Shown here: piece after piece, positions 8,949-19,547 of the stretch
Layout: every line of letters begins with the position of its first letter
Numbering within the stretch: position 1 is the first letter of the stretch
NCBI GenBank assembly: GCA_023245145.1
Contig: JAHFKW010000002.1
Coordinates: 1 to 52,600, forward strand
Source: Candidatus Staskawiczbacteria bacterium
Lineage (GTDB): Bacteria; Patescibacteriota; Minisyncoccia; Minisyncoccales; Staskawiczbacteraceae
DNA length: 52,600 nt
Direction of reading: 5' to 3'
Translations under genes and position numbers: made by a program
The notes under the pieces: model-generated
Told to the model about the DNA's origin: nothing
The model's input: only the letters and a program-made list of their open reading frames with translations
Databases searched by the model: none

Positions 8949-9450
8949 GCCACATCACACTGTGTGTGATACGGAATTGTTCTAATTACTCTAATTAACC
9001 TAATTATTCTAATCAAATGCTAAATTACCAAAATTCAAAATAAAAAAACGGCACCAATTTTTGGTCGGTGCCTCGTTGTTGCGATGAGAAAAAGATATTT
9101 TACTTTTTCTCGCGCCTGAAGAATGCGATGTATGTTTCAGTAAGTCCGATAGCTTGACACACTGAAACTAACTCCCAGCCTTCCTGCGCCATTTCATTCG
9201 CTGTATCAACTACCCCATCTTCGATGTCTTCAATTTCATTTGAACCGACGACACCGTAGTCGATAAGCATTTTGCAGTGTTCGTACATGTTTTCCTCCTT
9301 TGAGTAGGGAAACTAACTGGTTATTAATCTATCATATTATAGTTTTAATGTCAAGTTTGAATTTTGGAAATTAGTCATTGGTATTTGATTAGAATAATTA
9401 GAACAATTAGAAATTAGAATAATTTCACATCGCGCTTAGCGTGATGTGGC
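8949..9450 (+). other. 23S rRNA intervening sequence in helix 25
   Basis: About 500 nt between GGAGCG and TGTGACGGCGTGC; ~90-nt imperfect arms (GCCACATCAC/GTGATGTGGC, CTAATT/AATTAG repeats, CCAAAATTCAAA/TTTGAATTTTGG). Confidence 0.9.
9100..9288 (-). CDS. DUF4177-like small protein, SD-led cassette inside 23S IVS
   Basis: NEMAQEGWELVSV..FFRR resembles DUF4177; AAAGGAGG-5nt-ATG; promoter TTGACA-17-TAGATT (9326-9354); terminator GGCACC..GGTGCC plus U-tract (9042-9072). Confidence 0.8.
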   Translation of the reverse strand: MYEHCKMLIDYGVVGSNEIEDIEDGVVDTANEMAQEGWELVSVCQAIGLTETYIAFFRREKK

Positions 9451-11457
9451 TGTGACGGCGTGCTTTTTGCAGAACGAGCCAACGAGTTTATCTATTCGGC
9501 TTGTCTAAGCCCTTACGGGGTGAAGGCGTAGCGAAAGCGAGTGTTAATAGCGCGTTTGCCGAATGTATAAGACCCGAAGCGTGACGAGCTTACCATGTGC
9601 AGGCTGAAGTCTGTAGAAATACGGATGGAGGGCCGAACCCGTGAGTCGTGCAATCCTCTGGGATGACGTGTGGTAAGGAGTGAAAAGCTAATCGAGTTAC
9701 GTAATAGCTGGTTCTTCCCGAAACAGCTTTGGGGCTGGCGTCTGTTAAGATAGTATAGGGGGGTAGAGCACTGAATCGAAACTCTTGCCGCAAGGCAGAT
9801 TTTCGAATCAAACTCCGAATACCCTATGCCGTAAACAGGCAGTTAGACCGTGGGGGCTAAGCTCCATGGTCAAAAGAGTAACAGCTCAGATCATAGTCTA
9901 AGGTCCCTAAATTATATTAAGTGTTATGAAGGAAGTGTTTTGTCCTCGACAGGCAGGAAGTTAGCTTAGAGGTAGCTATCTTTTAAAGAGTGTGTAACAA
10001 CTCACTGTCCAAACTTTGCGGATTTCCGCGAGGAGGGACGAAATGCGCCAAAGATTTCCGGGGCTAAATATAATACCGAAGACATGGACTTATTTTTCCT
10101 TCGGGAAAAATAATTGGTAGGGAAGCGTTCCTATCGCAGTGAAGCAGGAGAGTAATCGACTGTGGAGCGTTAGGAAGTGAGAATGTTGGCCTGAGTAACC
10201 GCAATAGGGGTGAAAGCCCCCTACACCGAAAGTCCAAGGTTTCCTTGGCAATGGTATTCAACCAAGGGTTAGTCGGTCCTAAGGCGTATCCGAAAGGAGT
10301 AACTGATGGACAATGGGTTAATATCCCCATACTTGGATGCATTTCCATGACGTTGCGCATTGTAGTAATTTGGGTGGATAACTGGATTTCACATTCTGAC
10401 TTTTAAGAGTTAAGAAGAGTTGGCAGAAGTGTCAGCAATCCAAGTGAGCGCAGTGCCTAGAAAAGGCGTCGTGGGCGTGGTGCATTCAAACCGTACCGCA
10501 AACCGACACAGGTGGACAAGCGTAAGTATGCTAAGGTGAACGGGTGAGACCTCTTTAAGGAACTAGGCAAACAAGTGGACGTAAGTTCGCAATATGTCCT
10601 GCCCTTTTTCGCAAGAAAAAGGGCCGCAGCTACTGTCTCTCTACCGACTGTTTATCAAAAACACAGCTCCCTGCTAACTCGCAAGAGGATGTATAGGGGG
10701 TGAGGCCTGACCAGTGCTGGAATGTTAAGTTTGGGAGTCCAAGCCGCAAGGTTTGGGCCCACTGAATGAAGCACCAGTGAACGTCGGCGATAACTATAAT
10801 CGTCCAAAGGTAGCGTAATCCCTTGCCGGGTAAGTTCCGGCCCGCATGAATGGCTTAACGAGTGGAGAACTGTCTCAAAGAGGCGCCCGGTGAAAATGCA
10901 ATACCAGTGAAGATGCTGGTTACCTGCGGCTAGACGGAAAGACCCCGGAAGCTTTACTGTAGTTAGATATTGAATTTTAATTTTTGATACGTAGCGTAGT
11001 GGTGAGCCTTTGAAGCGGAATTTTCGGATTCCGTGGAGGCGCCGATGAAACAGCCATTTTTAAAAGTTAATATTCTAATCCACTTAACTGTGGTCACAGT
11101 GTTTAATGGGCAGTTTAAATGGGGCATTTGCCTCCTAAAGAGTAATGGAGGCGTTTAAAGGTTGGTTAGGTTCGGATGGAAATCGAACCGATAGGGCAAA
11201 GCCATACACCAGCTTTACTGCAAGACGGCTATGTCGCGCAGTTGCGAAAGCAGAACTTAGTGAACCGACGTGATTTCATAGGAAACACGAAGATCATCAG
11301 CCAAAAGCTACTCCGGGGATAACAGGCTAGTAGAGCCCGAGCGTCCATAGCGACGGCTCTGTTCGGCACCTCGATGTCGGCTCAACTTATCCTGGGGGTG
11401 GAGCAGCTCCCAAGGGTCGTGCTGTTCGCACGTTAAAAAGTTACGTGAGCTGGGTTC

Positions 11458-11488
<31 letters not shown>

Positions 11489-11830
11489 ACCGCAGGCGTT
11501 GAGTTTTGAGGAGATTTGTTCCTAGTACGAGAGGACCGGAATGAACCAACCTCTGGTGTACCAATTGTTCCGCCAGGAGCATTGTTGGGTAGCTACGTTG
11601 GGAATAGATAAACGCTGAAAGCATATAAGCGTGAAACTAACTCCAAGATGAGAACTCTTAGATTTCCCGAAGATTACGGGATTGATAGGCTCCAGGTGTA
11701 AGCTCCGCAAGGAGTTCAGCCGGGGAGTACTAATAAATCATTATATTTTTTAGCGTAAGAAAATAGATACAGATTTTACGTATCTTGTGACTATGCGATT
11801 GTTATCTTTAACACCACAGATTGAGTTCTG

Positions 11831-11941
11831 TGGTGGCGATTATACTGGTGTTGTCCCACCTGTTCCCATTTCGAACACAGCAGTGAAATACACCAAGGCC
11901 GATGATAGTGTGATGAACGCGAAAGTAGGTAGTCGCCACCA
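11831..11941 (+). rRNA. rrf: 5S rRNA
   Basis: TGGTGGCGAT/GTCGCCACCA terminal stem, CCCATTTCGAACAC, GCCGATGATAGT, GAAAGTAGGT. Confidence 0.93.
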
Positions 11942-12007
11942 AAGAACTTAATTGTAAAAAAAGAAACCGATCAGTCCGTGATCGGTTTTTGGTTGGCTAA
12001 TGACGGA

Positions 12008-12202
12008 TTAACGGATAGCTTTTCGAATGGCGAGCGATAATTTTTCGCCAGCCTCTGCCATTCTATGCATCCATCGTGTCTCTGCGCCAACTCCATCACC
12101 ACCTTTCTCAAGTTCTTTTTTGTAAAATCGCGCTGTCTTTCTTTTGCTCTGGGTATAGCAGCCTAGAGCTTGGCGAATTAATTTCATCTGGTTGCTGTTC
12201 AT
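12008..12202 (-). CDS. Small helical accessory protein, SD-led cassette
   Basis: AAAGGAG-5nt-ATG; promoter TTGACA-17-TAGAGT (12244-12272); terminator AAACCGATCA..TGATCGGTTT shared with the rRNA unit. Confidence 0.72.
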   Translation of the reverse strand: MNSNQMKLIRQALGCYTQSKRKTARFYKKELEKGGDGVGAETRWMHRMAEAGEKLSLAIRKAIR

Positions 12203-12318
12203 GTTAACTCCTTTGGTTCTCGGTGAGGGATATAACTATCGAAACTCTACCAAATTAAACTTTATTTGTCAAAGTTGTGGCAAGCTTATTATTTATGATA
12301 CAGTACATTATTGCATCT

Positions 12319-13170
12319 ATGAATTTTTATGTTAGAAAACCCTTCGGCCTGGCTCAGGGCAGGCCGAATCTTATTTGGCAAAAAGTGCTGGTTGGGGCGG
12401 GGATTTTGGTTGGTCTGATTATCTTTCTGAATCTGTTTGAATCGCCAGTACGAAACACTTTTTATTTCATTTCTAGTCCTATTTCAAATGTCTTTTTTCA
12501 AGCCGGAAAAAACATTAACCAATTTTTTGGTTCATTTTTAACCTTCGGTGCCTACCAAAAAGAAAATAGCAATTTAAAGCAGGAAAATAAAAATTTGTTA
12601 AGCCAGATCGCAGGACTCCAAGACCAAATAAAACAAAACCAAGATTTAAAAAGTTTCATCCAAACTCCCAGTCAAGCTGATTTTTCCATATTGTCGGCCG
12701 AAACCATCGGTCTCAATTCAGCCAACGACATGATTACCATTAGCAGAGGATCAAAAGACGGTATTCAAGAAGGCATGCCTGTTATTTCTCCACAAAAAGT
12801 GGTGTATGGAAAAGTTACCAAAGTCTATAAAAACTTTTCTGAAGTGATGTTAGTTTCCAATGTAAAAAGTGTGGTGGACGTGAAAATTTTACAAACGGGA
12901 TTAGAAAAACCACAAATTAATGGTGCCGTAAAAGGTATTGGGAACTTGGGTGCGTACTTGGATTTAGTAAATTCCGATGCCAAAATTCAAGAACACGATG
13001 TGTTGATTACTTCCGGACTGGAAGGTATTTTTCCAGCCGATTTGTTGGTGGGAAAGATTGAAAGTGCAAGCCAAAACGATGCCAAAGCCTTCCAAACTGC
13101 CAATGTAAAACCATTTTTTGACATCAATACCCTAGATAATGTTTTTGTAATAACTAACTACAAAAAATGA
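12319..13170 (+). CDS. mreC: Rod shape-determining protein MreC
   Basis: TM, coiled coil, beta domain, LITSGLEGIFP; followed by mreD and PBP2. Start uncertain. Confidence 0.92.
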   Translation: MNFYVRKPFGLAQGRPNLIWQKVLVGAGILVGLIIFLNLFESPVRNTFYFISSPISNVFFQAGKNINQFFGSFLTFGAYQKENSNLKQENKNLLSQIAGLQDQIKQNQDLKSFIQTPSQADFSILSAETIGLNSANDMITISRGSKDGIQEGMPVISPQKVVYGKVTKVYKNFSEVMLVSNVKSVVDVKILQTGLEKPQINGAVKGIGNLGAYLDLVNSDAKIQEHDVLITSGLEGIFPADLLVGKIESASQNDAKAFQTANVKPFFDINTLDNVFVITNYKK

Positions 13171-13658
13171 TAGGCAAAACTATTTCATTCATTATTTTTT
13201 CCTTGGTTTGTTTCTTGTTGACCATAATCCAAACCGTTTTTTTACCGTTTTTTAATATATGGGGCGTCGCACCAAATTTATTATTCATTCTTTTTTTCTT
13301 TGTCATCTTTTTTTCAAATAAGAAAGATTTTACTGCCACATTTTTTATGATTTTGATGATTGGATTTTTTTCGGATATAATTTCGCAAAGTCATTTCGGT
13401 ATTTTTATTGGTACATATGTGATACTCTATTTTTTACATCTTTTCATTAACAACTTTCTCCAAGACCGACAAGGTAAAAATGTAGTGGTTTATTTTATTG
13501 GCGAATTTTGTGTTTTGTTTTTATTATGTCATTTCACCTTAAATCCTTCTGTGTTGGTTCATTTACTGTACAGTTTATTATTCGCTTTAACGGCTTTTTA
13601 TGTCTGTCAAACATTTATTTTTACAAATCACGACAATAACCAATTAAAACTACTGTGA
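13167..13658 (+). CDS. mreD: Rod shape-determining protein MreD
   Basis: Hydrophobic, PNLL and GFFSD motifs, synteny. Confidence 0.75.
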   Translation: MIGKTISFIIFSLVCFLLTIIQTVFLPFFNIWGVAPNLLFILFFFVIFFSNKKDFTATFFMILMIGFFSDIISQSHFGIFIGTYVILYFLHLFINNFLQDRQGKNVVVYFIGEFCVLFLLCHFTLNPSVLVHLLYSLLFALTAFYVCQTFIFTNHDNNQLKLL

Positions 13659-15547
13659 AATTAGAAAAATATAAAATCCAAGAGTCTATCGGTAACATTG
13701 AGACTCACGAGGTTTTTTTGGATTCCTTGGCGCACATAAAAGAGGAGGAATTTGGATTGTCGGAAAAAAGGTTTGAGGTGGCTATTAAAACCAAAGTTAT
13801 TGGCGCCATTTTTGGGTTATTTTTTTTGTTGGCCATGATATTGTTTTTAAAAACCGCCTATTTACAAGTATTTAAAGGCGATGCTATGCGCCAAATCGTT
13901 AAAAATAATAAAGGTAGTATTAGCTTGGTACGGGCCGAGCGCGGTATTATTTACGATAGTAATTTGCAAAAATTAGCGGTAAATTCACCGGCGTATGATT
14001 TGATCTGCCGGCCAGCCGGCCGGCAGGCGACAAGTAACTTTTCTAATGGAATATTTCAAAAAGAAGTGGGATTACTTTCGGAAAGTCTCCATAAGACCAG
14101 TGCAGAAATAGAGAGCGCATTCAGGGATTCTACGGAACCAGTCGTATTATTGGCTGAAAATATTTCTCAAGAGCCTTTATTAATTTTGGAGGCCAGAATA
14201 GAGGAATTACCCGATTGTCAGATTGAAAAAAATACTACTCGAAATTATGTCATGGGCCAGGCATTTTCACATGTATTGGGGTATACAAGTCAAAAAATCG
14301 GAAAAACCGGCTTGGAAAATTATTATGAAGAAGAATTACGCGGTACTCCCGGTCAAACCGAAATTATTAAAACTGCCTCGGGGGTGCAAAAAAGCAATAC
14401 TATTATTTCAGAACCACAGGCGGGCGGTAATTTAGTACTTAATATCAATGCTGATTTGCAAAAGGCGGTATATAACTCTCTGGAAAAAAGTATCAAAAAT
14501 GTGGGTTCAAAAAAAGGTGCAGCGGTGGCACTAGATCCTCGCACCGGCGCCGTTTTAGCAATGGTTTCATATCCTTCCTACGATGATAATATTTTTTCCC
14601 AAGGAATTTCACAATCCGCCTATCAAAAATTAGTTAACGATCCTTACCAACCATTTTTCAATCGTGTGGCCGGTGCCAAATATCCTAGCGGTTCCACCAT
14701 CAAACCCTTTTTGGCTTCGGGCGCACTGCAAGAAAATATTATTTCACCCACCAAATTAATCAATGACCCGGGGTATATTTTGGTGCAAAGTCAAAATGAT
14801 CCAACGGTAACCTATAAATTTTCCGGAGTAGCTCCACATGGTTTGGTGGATATGCGAAAAGCCATTGCCGTTTCCAGTAACATTTATTTTTTTACGATCG
14901 GTGGGGGGTATGGCGATCAAAAAGGTCTGGGGCCGGCCGGTATAAAAAAGTATTTAGATATGTATGGCTTTGAACAGAAAACCGGCGTTGATTTACCGGG
15001 AGAATTTAAGGGTTTTGTGCCTTCGCCTACGTGGAAAAAGGAAGTCAAAAAAGAACAATGGTGGGATGGAGACACCTATAACTTATCTATTGGCCAATCC
15101 GATTTACAGGTTACGCCATTGCAGGTAGCGGTGGCATATTCAGCGATTGCTAATGGTGGTACTTTGTATAAGCCTCAAATTGTAAAAAAAGTTGTATCGT
15201 CGGTGGATGCTAATTCTATTATGCGACAGTTTGAGCCTGAGGTCTTAGGTCAGCTTTCCATTGATCCAGCTAATTTGGATGTGGTACGGCTTGGGATGCG
15301 TGACGCGGTGCATCAAGAATATGGTGGCTCACTGATGCTTAATAACCTTGGCGTGGACGTGGCAGGAAAAACCGGTACAGTGGAAACGGGTCGGGCGGGG
15401 GTGTATAATACTTGGTCGAGCAGTTTTGCTCCGTTTGATAATCCGGAAATTGTGTTTGTGGCAACTATTGAAGGGGTGCAGGGGTTAAGGTCTGCCACAT
15501 TGCCCGTGGCACATGATGTGTTGGACTATTATTTTAATAAAAAATAA
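13655..15547 (+). CDS. mrdA: Penicillin-binding protein 2 (class B)
   Basis: RGIIYD, STIK (SxxK), SSN (SxN), KTG. Confidence 0.93.
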   Translation: MKLEKYKIQESIGNIETHEVFLDSLAHIKEEEFGLSEKRFEVAIKTKVIGAIFGLFFLLAMILFLKTAYLQVFKGDAMRQIVKNNKGSISLVRAERGIIYDSNLQKLAVNSPAYDLICRPAGRQATSNFSNGIFQKEVGLLSESLHKTSAEIESAFRDSTEPVVLLAENISQEPLLILEARIEELPDCQIEKNTTRNYVMGQAFSHVLGYTSQKIGKTGLENYYEEELRGTPGQTEIIKTASGVQKSNTIISEPQAGGNLVLNINADLQKAVYNSLEKSIKNVGSKKGAAVALDPRTGAVLAMVSYPSYDDNIFSQGISQSAYQKLVNDPYQPFFNRVAGAKYPSGSTIKPFLASGALQENIISPTKLINDPGYILVQSQNDPTVTYKFSGVAPHGLVDMRKAIAVSSNIYFFTIGGGYGDQKGLGPAGIKKYLDMYGFEQKTGVDLPGEFKGFVPSPTWKKEVKKEQWWDGDTYNLSIGQSDLQVTPLQVAVAYSAIANGGTLYKPQIVKKVVSSVDANSIMRQFEPEVLGQLSIDPANLDVVRLGMRDAVHQEYGGSLMLNNLGVDVAGKTGTVETGRAGVYNTWSSSFAPFDNPEIVFVATIEGVQGLRSATLPVAHDVLDYYFNKK

Positions 15548-15561
15548 GATAGAATACGGTA

Positions 15562-17028
15562 ATGGCAACCATAGATGAATTGCGAAAAGTCAGGTTGGCA
15601 AAGTTAAAGTCCCTAAAAGACAGTGGTTTTTTGGCGTATCCGGCAAAGACAAAAAGAACACACTCTATTGCAGGGGCTCTGGAGAAATTTGATGAATTGG
15701 CGAAGACGGGTACGGAATTGTACTTGGCCGGAAGAATCATGGCTATGCGCGGTCATGGGGGAGCGACTTTTTTGGATATAAATGATGGTTCTGCTGACAA
15801 GATTCAAGGCTTAATTAAAGAAGATAAGTTGGGAGAAAAAGGCTACCATTTTTTTATTGACCATTTTGATATTGGGGATTTTGTGGAAATTAAAGGTGGG
15901 CTGATTGAAACAAAAAGAGGTGAAAAGACTATTGAAGCTTCTGACTACAAAATGCTTTCCAAATCTTTATTGCCTTTACCGGAAAAATGGCATGGATTGC
16001 AAGATGTTGAAGAAAGATTACGAAAAAGATATTTGGACATTTTATTTAATCCGGAAGTTCGCGAAATGGTAAAAAAGCGCGCGGTGTTTTTCAATAGCAT
16101 GCGTGAATTTTTAATGGAAAAAGGATTTTTAGAAGTGGAAACTCCAGTTTTAGAAAATCTTACAGGTGGAGCCGAAACCAAGCCATTCCAAACTCACCAC
16201 AATGCCATGGACTTGGATATGTTTTTGCGAATTTCGGTGGGGGAACTCTGGCAGAAAAAGTTAATGGTGGCTGGCTTTGAAAAAACCTTTGAAATTGGAC
16301 GGGTTTTCAGGAACGAAGGCATGGATGCCGAACATTTGCAGGATTACACTGCCATGGAATTTTATTGGGCTTATGCTGACTACGAAAAGGGTATGGAATT
16401 TGTGGAAGAAATGTATAAGTATGTGATTGAAAAAACTTTTGGTACGTTAAAGTTTAAAATAAAAGAGTTTGAAGTAGATTTTGGCAGTAAGTGGGAAAAG
16501 TATGATTACGTTTCTACGATTAGTAAATACACCAAAGTGAATATTCTGGAAGCCAGCCTGCCGGAAATGGAAAAGGCTTTGCAAAAATTAAAAATTGATT
16601 ACGATAAAAAAGGGTTTAATATCACCCGCGCCGTTGATAACCTTTGGAAATATTGCCGAAAAAATATTGGGGGGCCAGGGTTTTTGATTAATGTGCCTGA
16701 TTACATGGAGCCATTGGCAAAAAGAAGTGAAAAAAACCCGAAGTTGGTGCAAAGATTTCAAGTTATTATTGGTGGGTCAGAAAATGGCAAAGGGTTTAGT
16801 GAATTAAATGACCCGGTTGACCAAGCTCAAAGGTTTGCTGACCAACAAAAACTACGCGATAAAGGGGATGATGAGGCTCAAATGTTTGATAAGGAATATG
16901 TGGAAGCAATGGAGCACGGCATGCCACCAGCATTTGGCTTTGGGGTTTCAGAAAGATTATTTAGCTTTTTAATGGACAAACCCGCCCGGGAAACGCAGAT
17001 TTTTCCGTTGATGAGGCCAAAATCATGA
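15562..17028 (+). CDS. lysS: Lysine--tRNA ligase (class II)
   Basis: OB fold, LPLPEKWHGL, FRNEG, GMPP..GFG. Confidence 0.97.
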   Translation: MATIDELRKVRLAKLKSLKDSGFLAYPAKTKRTHSIAGALEKFDELAKTGTELYLAGRIMAMRGHGGATFLDINDGSADKIQGLIKEDKLGEKGYHFFIDHFDIGDFVEIKGGLIETKRGEKTIEASDYKMLSKSLLPLPEKWHGLQDVEERLRKRYLDILFNPEVREMVKKRAVFFNSMREFLMEKGFLEVETPVLENLTGGAETKPFQTHHNAMDLDMFLRISVGELWQKKLMVAGFEKTFEIGRVFRNEGMDAEHLQDYTAMEFYWAYADYEKGMEFVEEMYKYVIEKTFGTLKFKIKEFEVDFGSKWEKYDYVSTISKYTKVNILEASLPEMEKALQKLKIDYDKKGFNITRAVDNLWKYCRKNIGGPGFLINVPDYMEPLAKRSEKNPKLVQRFQVIIGGSENGKGFSELNDPVDQAQRFADQQKLRDKGDDEAQMFDKEYVEAMEHGMPPAFGFGVSERLFSFLMDKPARETQIFPLMRPKS

Positions 17029-17064
17029 AACATGAAACACACAACATGAAACATATATTAAACT

Positions 17065-17472
17065 ATGAGTAAAAAAGTACTAGTTTTTGGTACGTTTGAC
17101 GGTTTGCATGAAGGGCATAAAAACTTTTTTAAACAGGCGAAGATGCATGGTGATTATTTGATTGTGGTAGTAGGGCGGGATTCAACGGTCCAGCGAGTAA
17201 AAAAACGCTTGCCAAAGTTTAATGAAAATGAGCGGCTGGCGGTGGTGGAGCGGTGTGAATATGTTGATTTAGCCAGATTGGGCAATGAAGGCGTTGGCGT
17301 ATATGAAGTAATAAAAGAGGTTAAGCCCGACGTGATTTGCCTTGGTTATGACCAGATGGTTTTTACGGATAAACTGGAAGATAAAATAAAAGAATTTGGC
17401 CTAACTATCGAAATTAAAAGACTTGAAGCATTCCAGCCGGAAAAGTATCATTCTTCAATATTAAACAAATAA
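17065..17472 (+). CDS. Cytidylyltransferase-family protein (RibL-type FAD synthase-like)
   Basis: FGTFDGLHEGH, KPDVICLGYDQ, HSS. Confidence 0.85.
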   Translation: MSKKVLVFGTFDGLHEGHKNFFKQAKMHGDYLIVVVGRDSTVQRVKKRLPKFNENERLAVVERCEYVDLARLGNEGVGVYEVIKEVKPDVICLGYDQMVFTDKLEDKIKEFGLTIEIKRLEAFQPEKYHSSILNK

Positions 17473-17479
17473 AACGTAC

Positions 17480-18760
17480 ATGCTAGATATTAAATTCATC
17501 AGGGAAAATTCGGAGAAAGTAAAAAAGGCCTGCCAGGATAAAAATATACAACTTAATATTGATGAGATTTTAGCGTTGGATACCAAAAGGCGGTCTTTAA
17601 TAGTTTCCTCAGAAAATTTAAAAGCTAAACAAAGGAAATTGGGAAAAGATAATATTGATGAAGCCAGAAAAATCAAAGAAGAATTTTTACAGGCCGCCAA
17701 AACACTGCAAGAAACAGAAATACAATTACATCAATTATTAGTGCAAGTACCTAATATTCCACTGGCTGATGTGCCAGTTGGAAAAACAGAGGCCGAAAAT
17801 CAAGTCATAAAAATGGTTGGCAAAAAACCAATATTTGACTTTACGCCTAAAAATCATTGGGAATTAGCCCAGGGTCTGGATTTGATAGATAAAGAGCGGG
17901 CGACCAAAGTGACTGGCGCTCGGTTTGCTTATTTGAAGGGGGACTTGGTGAAACTGCAATGGGCACTGATGCATTTTGGCGTAGAGGTGTTGTCCAGCGA
18001 AAAAACGTTAGCCAAAATTGCCAGGGCTGCAAAATTACAGGTAAGTACCAAGCCCTTTGTTCCCGTTTTGCCACCATTAATGATTAAAACTGGGCCATAT
18101 GATGCCATGGACAGGCTTGAGCCTCGGGAAGAGCGATATAAAATTGAAGGTGAGGATTTGTGGTTGCAAGGCAGTGCTGAACATGTGCTGGGAACTATGC
18201 ACATGCAGGAAACTTTCGAAGAGGCAGAATTGCCCGTGAGGTATGTTGGTTATGCGACGAGTTTTCGCAAAGAAGCTGGAACGTACGGTAAAGACACGGA
18301 AGGGATTATTCGGATGCATCAATTTGATAAATTAGAGATGGAAAGTCTGACGACGGCTGAAAATTCTTTGGATGAACATTATTTTATGGTGGCTATTCAG
18401 GAATATTTAATGACGCAACTTGGCCTGCCATATCAGGTGGTATTAAAATGTACGGCGGATATTGGGAAACCCAATGCTCGAGGAATTGACATTGATGTTT
18501 GGCTTCCCGGGCAAGATAAATATCGTGAAACACACACGGCTGACTACATGACCGATTATCAGGCACGCAGATTACAAACAAAAGTAAAACGAAAAACAGG
18601 AACAACTGAATTGGTACATACAAATGATGCGACGGCGTTTTCCCAGCGTCCATTAATCGCCATCCTAGAAAACTATCAGCAAAAAGATGGCAGTGTGAAA
18701 GTACCAAAAGTGTTGCAAAAGTACACGGGTTTTAAGATTATCAAGAATGGAAGAAAATAA
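17480..18760 (+). CDS. serS: Serine--tRNA ligase
   Basis: MLDIKFIREN, FRKEAG, RMHQFDKLE, ENYQQKDG. Confidence 0.97.
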   Translation: MLDIKFIRENSEKVKKACQDKNIQLNIDEILALDTKRRSLIVSSENLKAKQRKLGKDNIDEARKIKEEFLQAAKTLQETEIQLHQLLVQVPNIPLADVPVGKTEAENQVIKMVGKKPIFDFTPKNHWELAQGLDLIDKERATKVTGARFAYLKGDLVKLQWALMHFGVEVLSSEKTLAKIARAAKLQVSTKPFVPVLPPLMIKTGPYDAMDRLEPREERYKIEGEDLWLQGSAEHVLGTMHMQETFEEAELPVRYVGYATSFRKEAGTYGKDTEGIIRMHQFDKLEMESLTTAENSLDEHYFMVAIQEYLMTQLGLPYQVVLKCTADIGKPNARGIDIDVWLPGQDKYRETHTADYMTDYQARRLQTKVKRKTGTTELVHTNDATAFSQRPLIAILENYQQKDGSVKVPKVLQKYTGFKIIKNGRK

Positions 18761-19547
18761 AATACTGGTTAAGAACCTTAAAATAAATTACAAAACGTTT
18801 GGGGGAGGCAACCCGCCTTCGCCAGAGGCTTTTGCGAGGCAAAGGCCATTTTTAATTCTCCACGGCTGGGGTTCAAAATCTGAAAGATGGGAAAAGGTAG
18901 CAAATTTGTTGGCAGAAAAAAATCTATTTGTGGTGGTGCCGGATTTGCCCGGGTTTGGAAAATCACAGGAACCAGAAACAGCTTGGAATTTGGATAATTA
19001 TGTGGAATTTGTGAAGGAATTTACTGAAAAAGTGCCTGAACTTAATAATAATTTTTATCTGCTTGGACATTCTTTTGGCGGAGCAATTTCAGCTAAATTT
19101 AGTATTATGCATGCCCAGCAGGTTGAAAAACTGTTTTTAGCCGCTGCCGCTTGCCATCGAGAAAAAACGGTAACAAAAAATTCGCTTTCCAGAGCTTCAA
19201 AAATGGTAAAAGTATTTTCTTTTGTGCCCGGCTATGTGTTATTTCGAAAAGCAGTTTATAAATATATTTTAAGAAAATCAGATTATGCCTATGTTTCCGG
19301 CGTAATAAAAGAAACGTACTTGAAAGTGATTGCCGAAGATTTATCACAAAAATTATTGTTTATTAAGGTGCCAACCGTGATTTTATGGGGTGATTCCGAT
19401 GATTTGACGCCGGTGGAAGATGCCTATTACATGAATAAAAAAATTGACGGGTCAAAGTTATTTGTGTTTGAGGGGGTTGGTCACAATTTAGACCGGCACG
19501 AACATCCAAAATTAATGGGTGAAAAAATTATAGCATGCCTTTCTTAA
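18747..19547 (+). CDS. Alpha/beta hydrolase
   Basis: LHGWG, DLPGFG, GHSFGG nucleophile elbow, C-terminal His. Confidence 0.92.
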   Translation: MEENKILVKNLKINYKTFGGGNPPSPEAFARQRPFLILHGWGSKSERWEKVANLLAEKNLFVVVPDLPGFGKSQEPETAWNLDNYVEFVKEFTEKVPELNNNFYLLGHSFGGAISAKFSIMHAQQVEKLFLAAAACHREKTVTKNSLSRASKMVKVFSFVPGYVLFRKAVYKYILRKSDYAYVSGVIKETYLKVIAEDLSQKLLFIKVPTVILWGDSDDLTPVEDAYYMNKKIDGSKLFVFEGVGHNLDRHEHPKLMGEKIIACLS

